DNA of 63,829 bases, counting the filler, from Atractiella rhizophila (lineage: Eukaryota), in NCBI GenBank assembly GCA_021432655.1. It is 4 parts of 4 records of this genome, joined end to end, with 100 filler letters (N's around TTAATTAATTAA, not from the genome) between each part and the next. Parts side by side here need not be neighbours in the genome. Positions count along the whole stretch, not along the records: positions 43,299 to 61,939 come from MU271811.1; positions 62,040 to 63,829 come from MU271932.1; 2 more parts are not named here. The stretch is one strand, 5' to 3'. The stretch's first letter is position 1, and each line of letters begins with the position of its first letter. The notes under the pieces were generated by a model. It was not told where the DNA came from. It searched no databases and saw only the letters and a program-made list of their open reading frames with translations. Made by a program: the position numbers and the translations under genes. Shown here piece after piece: positions 55,290 to 63,829 of this stretch.

Positions 55290-56067
55290 ACGGGGCAGTC
55301 AGTTGGAACTACAATCCCTCGTTGCCCTTTCTACTATGGAAGCAGAATATGTCTCAGGAGTCTCAGCTGGCCAAGAAGTCATCTGGCTAAGGAATCTTCT
55401 AGAAGGAATTAGCTTCGCTCCTCAAGGCCCTACTCCCCTCTTCACAGACAGCAGCAGCACTCTCCAGGTATCCAAGAACCCTGAGCACCACGGTGGAATG
55501 AAACACCTGGACCTTCGCTTTTATTGGCTCAGACATGTTGTTGAGATGGGCAAGATCAGTCCAGTCTTCTGTCCAGGAGTCGATATGCCAGTAGACCTCC
55601 TCACCAAGGAACTTCCAGTAGCTAGTGTGGACAAGTTTCGAGTTATGATGGGTTTGCGCCCCTACCCAAGTGTCTGAGGCAGTTATGGGGCGCAATAAAA
55701 TTCCTTTCCTCCTCTGTGCGGTTATAAGACGCCGCTTTCAGCCCGTACGAGGACTTTTTCCTCTTCTTTTCATTGCAAAACTAATATGCTTTCTGCTTTA
55801 TATTGGGTATACATTGTACGAATTCGGTGGGAGATTATCTGGATTGGTGGGAGCGTCAAGAGACAGCTGCCCAGGTGGGAGTATTAGTTTTAGTGTGTTG
55901 TTGTTGTTTTGTTCATCTGCCTCTTCTGACTCATATGAGTCATCACTATATAGTTTAGTTTTGCCTAGGAGTGTTGGTGCTCATTATTGACCACCAACTA
56001 CTCCTAGGTATGTCTCTCTATACTTTTCTAATGTCTCATTATTGACCACCAACCACTCCTAGCCTTA
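55290..56067 (+). mobile_element. Ty1/copia 3' fragment: RNase H, 3' UTR and degenerate LTR
   Basis: QSLVALSTMEAEY..TDSSS..KHLDLRFYWLR..DLLTK; PPT-like GGTGGGAG before the LTR-like sequence. Confidence 0.85.
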
Positions 56068-56081
56068 GATCCTTACATATT

Positions 56082-56759
56082 TGAGAGAATCTGATGCTGG
56101 ATGGAGCTAGGGGACAGAGATTGGTGGTCAAAGATGAGGACATTGATAGGAAAACACATACCTAGGGGACAGAGATTGGTGGTCCGATGATGACCGCCTA
56201 AACTGCCCCCTAGGGGGGTAAAACTCCAAAATGAAGCAAACACAACAAAGGTGGCTGACCACACAACACAAGACCACAAAATATAACATCTAATCCAACA
56301 CTCCCACCTGGGCAGCCACCTCTTGAAGCTTCCACCAAATCCAACAACCATCCAAGATAGCCACCGAACAAAGCTCCCACCGAATAAAGGCCTCATGAAA
56401 TAGCATGGCAAAAAGAAAACATATTAGTTGACTGTCTAAAACCAGTAGAGAGATCCTCGTACCGCTGAAAGTGGCGTCTTATAACCCCCCCGGAAGGAGG
56501 ACAGAGTTTTATTGTGCCCCATAACTGCCTCATACACTTGGGTAGGGGCGCAGACCCATCATTTCTCGAAATTTTGCAACTCCAGCAACCGGTAAAGCCT
56601 TGGTGAGGAGGTCTGCAGGCATAGACTCGCCAGGACAGAAGACTGGGGTGATGAGTCCAGACTCTACTGTGTCCTTGAGCCAGTAGAAGCAAAGATCCAA
56701 GTGCTTCATGCGCCCGTGGTGCTCAGGATTCTTGCTGACTTGCAAAGCGCTGTTGCTGT
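56082..56759 (-). mobile_element. Ty1/copia 3' fragment (RNase H end + 3' LTR 56082-56300)
   Basis: KNPEHHGRMKHLDL..MPADLLTKAL; LTR TGTTGGATTAG..CTCTCA preceded by GGTGGGAG. Confidence 0.85.
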
Positions 56760-58261
56760 TGTTGGATTAGCTATTAAATTTCATGGTGTTGCCTTTGTGT
56801 GGTCAGCCGCCCTTGCTGTGTTTACTCACTTCGTAGTTTTTCTCCCTAGGGGGCAGTCTTGGTGGTCATCATCTGTGACCACCAACTCCTGTCCCCTAGG
56901 TATGTGTTTCCTCATCAATCCAATCATCTTTGACCACCAACTTCTGTCCCCTAGCTCCATCCAGCGTCTATTCCTCTCATGGTAGCGAGAGCAGTGGCTA
57001 GGGATTGACGGATCAGTTTTGCCACCCACTTGGTTGAAAATTTTGACCACTCAGCCATCCTTTGTCCAATCGATTCAAGACTTTGGGATCATAATCGAGA
57101 CCCTCCTACGGCCCTATCCCCCCATTTCGACGAAGATCAGACGATCCAAACTCGAATTTTATCGCCATGTCTGAAGAAAGTAAAATTTTTGATCGCCCCC
57201 CTTGGAGAGAAGAACTATGGCACCTGGTCCATCGATATGCAAGCTGAATTAATGCGAAAGGGGCTATGGGAGATTGTGTGTGGAGAGGAGAAGAAGCCTG
57301 TTGATTTGAAGGAGGAAAATGGGAAAAGGAACGCTCTAAAGCAGCAGGATGCTGTTCCTCAGCCTGGAATCCACCCAGAAGGCTCATGTGGTGTCTGTCA
57401 TTCCAAGATCCAGTCAGATCTGGTCCACCCTTCCAAGAAATCCACCAGCCAGAAGAGGTCTTCCACGCGTTTTTCGTCCCTAAGCGCTCCTGCCTTGCTC
57501 TTCCAGGAAGCGAGAGATGATGGCTAGGATCACATTTGGTCACACCTATCACCTACCCCCTCCTCCAGACCACAATTTTCACCCTCCCACACTCAAATTT
57601 TGCTCAATTTCGATAATCAGAACAGATTTGAGACCCTCAAACGTTCCTTTACCACCTTAGAAGGTTTCTGTCTACTCAGGAACCAAGAAATCTATCACCT
57701 TACCACCCATCTCCTGCCTCAAAACGCACTTTGCCACCCTGATGACTCAAACTGATCTCAAATTCGATTAAACAAGCTTTTTTATCGGATTCAGGCCACC
57801 AGAACTTCAGAGGAAGCCATCTTCACAACACCCAAATGGCAAATCAGGCGTCCAGCAGCAACAGGGGACGTCCTGTAGGACGTGGGAGAGGTGCAAGGAA
57901 TGGTGGGGATCTGGGAGAAGGGATTGGTCACCTGTGGAGTGCTTCAACTGCCACAAAGAAGGGTCATATCGCTTCCAACTGCCCTGGAACATCTTCAGAA
58001 GGTCTCAAAAGCGAGTTGGAATGATATAAAGCGAAGTTTGGGAAGTTGGAAGATGTTAGGGAAGCCAGAGTCGAAGGGAAAGGGGGGAGAATTTGCTGGG
58101 GAGACCAGCTATGCAGCGGTAGACAATGCCATTAGTCGCCAGAGAGCTGGGACTGACTGGCTAATCGATACAGGAGCAACTTCATCAATGACTCCACACC
58201 CCCACTTCTTCAAATCCTATCGAAAACACATTGTCCCCATCAGAGTTGCGAATGGAGAGGT
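56760..58261 (+). mobile_element. Ty1/copia 5' part: LTR 56760-56979, PBS, decayed gag, zinc knuckle and protease
   Basis: TG..CA LTR, PBS TGGTAGCGAGAGC, NYGTWSIDMQAEL..GLW, CFNC..GHIASNC and WLIDTGATSSMT; frameshifted. Confidence 0.9.
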
Positions 58262-58682
58262 TGTTGGATTAGGTGTTATGTTTTGTGTGGTCAGCCACCT
58301 GTTTTGTTTGCTTCACTTCGGAGTTTTTGGCCCCCTAGGGGGGCAGTTTAGGCGGTCATCATCTTTGACCACCAATCTCTGTCCCCTAGCTCCATCCAGC
58401 GTCAGATTCTCTCATGGTAGCGAGAGCGGTGGCTAGGGATTGACAGATCAGTTTTTGCCACCCACTTGGTTGAAAATTTTGATCACTCAGCCATCCGTTG
58501 TCCAATCAGTTTGAAACTTTGGGATCATAAACGAGACCCCCTTACGCCTATATCCACCCATTTTCTACGAAGATCGGACGATCCAAACTCGAATTTTATC
58601 ACCATGGCTGAAGAAAGTAAAATTTTTGATTACTCCCCTTGGAGAGAAGAACTATGGCACCTGGTGCATTGATATGCAGGCG
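58262..58682 (+). mobile_element. Nested Ty1/copia copy: LTR 58262-58414, PBS and gag start
   Basis: A related LTR/PBS interrupts the protease region (IRVANGEV) of the previous element; ends at the N gap. Confidence 0.85.
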
Positions 58683-58707
58683 NNNNNNNNNNNNNNNNNN
58701 NNNNNNN

Positions 58708-60055
58708 CAGGGACTGGAAAAAGCATATAAGACAAAAAAAGACCAAACGAGTCTAACCGAAGTCAGTCTACTCGTATTGGACCTAGACGAATTTTAAAAC
58801 TTTTTTGTTTGTAAAAATCGTTTTAAAAACCTCTTTCCTCAAAAACCTGTCCCGATCACCCTGATGTCACAATCAAGTACAGTGATTACGTAAGAACTAC
58901 CTTGTAACAAGATTCAGTGTTTTGAATACTCTAAATATCTACAATTAAGGATCCACTATAGGTACTCAATCTGTTTCGGGATATATCTCACACGATTCGT
59001 CCCACGGTTATCACCTTCTCCTACTTACCCCATAGATAACTCGATCCAAAACCATTTATATATTCCCTCACATACAATATACTTCTCTTCTCGGAGTTAC
59101 ATTATTAATCTGACCATATCTTTAAAAACGTGACAAATAACATCTTTATCAGTTATGGACCCCTAAGAAGTACGATGTTGGTCCCGGTCGTTAAGTGAAA
59201 GGACTAATTCCTCCTTCTACACCCTGCATAGTTGTAAATGACTTTCTTATATACTGTTGTTAATGGATAGCTACGGGATCGTCGAAAACGGAGAAACTAT
59301 ATTTATGGAACATAGTTCTAACGGACGGAGATAGGTCTAAATGCTCCCGGTGTCGTCAAGATCTCCTTAAGTTCGGTTCTAAATTAACCCCTACCCATAA
59401 CACACACCAACCCACATTGGCACACACACGGTTATAGTTCCCGTTATGGCTTTCATCGTCTAATTAGAGACAGTATGGACTTGGTTTCTAGGATCGGACC
59501 GTACCTAATTTGAATAGAGAAGATGGGAGAGTTGTTCCACGAGTGATAACAAGTTTTTTCGGAAGTCGCTCATAAACGATGAATAATCGGGGAAGTTAAG
59601 GCGGAGACATCACGGAAAATGGTACTAATGCTGTAGGGAAGATGGAGGAGAACACCGGTGAGGTAAGTGAGAATGAGAGTGATGGTCCTTTAGTAATATG
59701 TACGTTTCTCCATAGGTTACCATTGGTGTACATCAAGGGGCTAAGTGGGAACTAGGGAGTGGAGTCGGGGACGGAAATAATTCTTAACACTAACACTGCT
59801 TTCGGAAAACCTGCCTCTCACTGAACTCCGGACGTCGCCGTTTACGTATGAAAGAACCACCCGTTCCGACACGTTCACTCAACAAGGCCATAGACATATA
59901 AATATATCTGATCTACTGTCCCAATACTTGTACAAGTTTCGTATATCTTTGTTCCTTGGTTCTATTTCGAAACAAAGTCAAGTCCCTTATAAGTCACGTT
60001 AAAAATTGAAGAACTAGTCCTGGGTCAGTAGGATTAAGTACACAATCTTATGCTC
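58708..60055. other. Segment with inverted dinucleotide signature (appears reversed without complementation)
   Basis: CpG is frequent and GpC nearly absent, the opposite of the flanks; starts right after a 25-N gap. Confidence 0.6.
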
Positions 60056-60239
60056 TCACCCCCTATGCTTTTGCATGAGCTAGTTGGACCAGAGATTTAA
60101 GACTGAAGTTCTGCAGCTAACTCCAGGAGCTCTAGCCTTAGGGTGAGCTCTTCTCTGAAGAAACTTGATTTTTTTTCTCCCGAGTCTTATTGTTGGACAT
60201 AGATACGCCCATGGCATGTACATGAGCTGCTCTCCACTA

Positions 60240-61711
60240 TGCCTCAAGCAAGCCTTGAGTGGATAGCAGACACTGGTGCAACTTCCCACATGTCTCCCCA
60301 TTGGTTCAGAACCTATCAGAAGAAAGTTATTCCTATTAGGGTAGCAAGTGGAGTGCTGGGATTGGGAGCTTGATCTTTGAAGCCAAGTTGGGGGAGAAGA
60401 AGACCATCACCATCACCATCTCAGATGTCCTACATGTCCCCAAGCTCTACAACAACCTCCTATCAGTCTTCAAGCTCACCATCTACAAGGGAATGAGGGT
60501 CTCCATCAAGCACAACAAGGTTCTCTTCTTCCAGGGTCAAAAACTCTGCCTTACTGCCACTGTGGACTACAAGAATGGAAGCATGGCTGGGATACTTGAT
60601 GGGAACACCCTTCATGCTCCAGAATTCGCTGGAAATGCTTCTACACTGCCCATGGATGCTTCTCTATGGCACAGAAGACTTGGACATCTTAATTATGAGG
60701 ATATCAAGCGTCTGAAGAGGAAGGAGCTTGTGAATGGGATGATTTTGGACTTGGGAGGATGATCCAGACCCTATTTGCGAGCCATGGCTAACTGGGAAGC
60801 AGCACAGGGTCTTCAACAAGTCAGCAACAACTAGGGAGAAGGAGATATTGGGTAGAATCAGCTCAGACCTACATGGACCTCTTCCAGTCACTTCCAGAGA
60901 AGGGTATCGATATTGGGTCACCTTCATCGACGAAGCAACAAATCATTGCACAATTGCCTTCCTCAAGAAGAAATCAGAGGCCCCAGAACTCTTCAAGACC
61001 TTCAAGAATTGGGTAGAGAATGCCACTGGGAAGAAGATCAAGAGGTTTAGAGAGGACAAGGAAGGCGCTTATTCCTCTAAGGAATTCGGTCAATACCTCA
61101 AGGCCTGTGGTATTCAGCGCGAACAGACGATCAGGAACTCTCCTCATCAGAACGGCAGAGCAGAACGAGCCAATAGGACGATTCAGGAGACTATGGTCGC
61201 CATGTTTGAAGAATCGGGACTTCCGCTCTTTCTCTGGCCATCCATCGCTTCAGCAGTCGTCCACATTCGCAACAGATCTCCCTCAGCATCAATCAACCAT
61301 GCTATTCCCCACATGAAACTCACTGGACTTACTCCAACCATCTCAAGATTCAGAATCATTGGATGCACCGCCTACGTTCAAGTTCAAAAGGATGAAAGGC
61401 CACACAGCTTAGGATCTCATACTCGAAAATGTGCATTTATAGGCTATTCCCTTGCAGCGAAATGGTGGGAGTTCTGGGATCCTGTTGCAAAGAAGGTCTA
61501 CGTTCGAGATGGTGCCAGATTTGATGAGAGAGAGATGCTCTGCAAGGTGAGGAAGGAGAAGATTACGTTAGAAGAGCCACAGGGACCACTTGATGAGTGG
61601 AAGGAGCGTCAGGATCAGGTGGGAGATGGACAGAATAATGCTCCAGCCGCTCCTCCAGCCAGGATTTCCTCTGAGACTCTTAGATCCGTACACTTGAGGA
61701 CAGGTTCCTAG
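60240..61711 (+). mobile_element. Ty1/copia pol fragment: protease, GAG-pre-integrase and integrase
   Basis: WIADTGATSHM, VLHVPKL..NLLSV, LWHRRLGH, SDLHGP..YWVTFIDE, PHQNGRAERANRT and KCAFIGY. Confidence 0.92.
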
Positions 61712-61939
61712 AGAGACGTACCCACATGACTGCTCCACCCCCACACAAATCCGGCAAGTCCATGCTCGACATCCCCCAGACCTCTGACAAGAGAAAGAAG
61801 TAGAAGAAGAAGAAGTTGGACTTCCCCGACTTTAGACAAACCTCTGACATAAGGTTCGCCAGACCCAACAAGGACTCCACATCCTCCACGAGGACCGACA
61901 ACTTAGGTAGGAAGAAGAAGAAGTAGTAGTAGTAGATCA

Positions 61940-62039
61940 NNNNNNNNNNNNNNNNNNNNNNNNNNNNNNNNNNNNNNNNNNNNTTAATTAATTAANNNNN
62001 NNNNNNNNNNNNNNNNNNNNNNNNNNNNNNNNNNNNNNN
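61940..62039. other. Assembly gap with artificial TTAATTAATTAA linker
   Basis: Same 100-bp N/linker structure as at 23553. Confidence 0.95.
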
Positions 62040-63382
62040 ACACGGCTCTACTAAAGATGGCATAGGAATGAAGGTTGTTATCATGCCACGCTTTGATCTT
62101 GAGGGTTATTGTTCGCTGGTACAAAAGCACAAGATTACATGCACCATGCTAGGTAGGCTTACAATTGATTTTCGAGTTAGGCTTTAACGATAACCTGAAA
62201 GTGCCTCCCGTCGCACTTCTTCTCGCTAAAGACCCGCGAGTTTCTTCATATGATCTCTCCTCCTTAAAAATAATAGTTTCCGGCGCTGCGCCATTGGGGA
62301 AAGAGATGGAAGATACATTATCTGCTCGGCTGGGTGGTAATTGTTTTGTCGTGCGCTCCCTCCTCGACATCCTACTAGTACGCAATCAAACTCGACATGA
62401 GTATATAGACTCAAGCCTACGGACTGACGGAAACTTCTCCCACCACACACTATCGTACACCCGAGTTCGCCATGCCAGGAAGCATTGGGCCGCTCCTCCC
62501 ACGCTTAGAAGCGAGAATAGTTAATCCTGAGACGCTAGAAGATGTAGCTGAGGAGCAGGAGGGTGAGATGTGGATACGCGGTCCCAGTACGCACTTCCTT
62601 GTCAAGCCTGGGCCATACTGATGAAAAGTGTACATAAAAGATGTCATGCTTGGATACCTTAACAGGCCAGAGCAGACGAAAGAGTCCATCGTTCAGGGTG
62701 GATGGCTGAGAACTGGAGATGTAGCTTATGTCAAAAACAACTGTTTCTTTATAACAGATCGGGTAATCTTTTCGCTCTCCTGATATCTCAAGTTGTTGAT
62801 GCATCCGTCGACAGATAAAGGAATTGGTGAGCCCTTTCACAACCACGGCCACGCCTAACGACCTTTTGATTGTAGATCAAGTACAAAGGCTTCCAGGTAC
62901 CCCCGTTCGTATCCATGTCCCTCCTTTCAATTCTGCTTCAGTCTGATTGATACGCAGAGCGGAACTGGAGTCCCTTCTCTTACAGCACCCAGCAATCGCA
63001 GACGCCGGCGTAATAGGGGTATATAATGCCTCTGAACAGACAGAACTACCGCGCGCGTACGTAGTGCGTTCGGAAGGATCGAAGGTGGCAGAGAAGGAGA
63101 TCGAGGATTGGGTGGCTTCAAAGGTACTACCGCTGGCTGGATCCTGGTATTGAGACCTTGGGACGGTCTATACTGATTGGGCGATGGAATAGGTGAGCAA
63201 TCCAAAGCGCTTGAGAGGTGGAGTGAGGTTCGTAGAGGTCATTCCGAAGAGGTAAATCCCTTCAGATCTCCTGTGAAATGAACTGACCAGCCTTCTCAAG
63301 CCCGTCTGGGAAGATATTAAGGAGGGTGATAAAGGACTGGGCGAAAGCTGAAGAGTCAAAGACTGCAAAGGCAAAACTGTAA
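62040..63382 (+). CDS. 4-coumarate-CoA ligase-like adenylate-forming enzyme, 3' part, peroxisomal (PTS1 AKL)
   Basis: SGAAPLG, QAYGLTETSP, GEMWIRGP, GWLRTGD, KYKGFQVPPAELE, LRGGVRFVEVIPK and SGKILRR; ends AKAKL-stop. Confidence 0.92.
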
Positions 63383-63829
63383 ATTTAGATAAGTATTGAA
63401 GGTCAATATAAAAGTGGAGTAACAGGCGTATGTCATGACCATACTTCTAGTATCACAATTTACCTATGCACAATAACATTCTAAGCCTAATCGTATGTTG
63501 AAGAAGCGAACTTTTTGGGCACTCCCAACTTCTTGCTTCCATTAATACCTCCAGGAGTGGGAATCACAACTAGGTTATTGGGGTCAGTGATTTCACGTAG
63601 ATCGAAGTAGGGTGGAACGCACCAGCTCTCTTTACTCCCTCTCCATTCCCTAGGGCCAATCCAGCTTTGATAGTTGAAGGAGCGTTGGACCTCCCCCTCA
63701 GTTGGATATCCATCGGTTTCTTCTTAAACAGGGCACGTCTCACCAGCAACTTGCTGGCTGGAGAAACCGATGAAGGCTGCACTCCATCTCCCACGCTGTG
63801 AGAAAGGCGCTGGATCGTCGTATTGCTAT

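Noticed and set aside
61780..61939. AAG/TAG triplet runs and short duplicated motifs before the gap
   Set aside because: Low-complexity contig end; no interpretable function.
63570..63829. Minus-strand ORF fragment at the window end
   Set aside because: Truncated and without recognisable homology.

Overview
Intron-rich fungal nuclear DNA, most likely a basidiomycete (mostly 45-60 nt GT-AG introns and basidiomycete-type gene families). It is split by three 100-bp N gaps carrying an artificial TTAATTAATTAA linker and one 25-N gap. Positions 1-53.4 kb are gene dense: a PPR protein, an Srp1-like SR protein, a coiled-coil gene with a ~1.05 kb tandem duplication, two secreted HFYT-repeat paralogs, a Sit4/PP6 phosphatase, a proline iminopeptidase, two tandem paralogs with a transglutaminase/papain-like C-H-D triad, FEN1, an RNAi RdRP, a mitochondrial RnpA-like protein, ERV41, EMC1, an alpha/beta hydrolase, a Pex23/30-family peroxin, a KH protein, PRP16, and a uL24m-like gene that appears to splice in frame to a 795-aa PPR ORF. 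Positions ~53.5-61.9 kb are a CpG-poor nest of Ty1/copia fragments, followed by the 3' half of a peroxisomal 4CL-like ligase. The top leads are: (1) a probable uL24m-PPR mitochondrial polyprotein with an internal MPP/Oct1-type cleavage site; (2) a nuclear-encoded, bacterial-type RnpA-like protein; (3) a 714-nt FEN1 intron holding an in-frame alternative ORF; (4) a degenerate duplicated barrel segment in the RdRP; (5) a candidate poison exon in the SR gene; (6) a ~1.35 kb segment that looks reversed but not complemented. All gene models and family calls were made by eye, without database searches.
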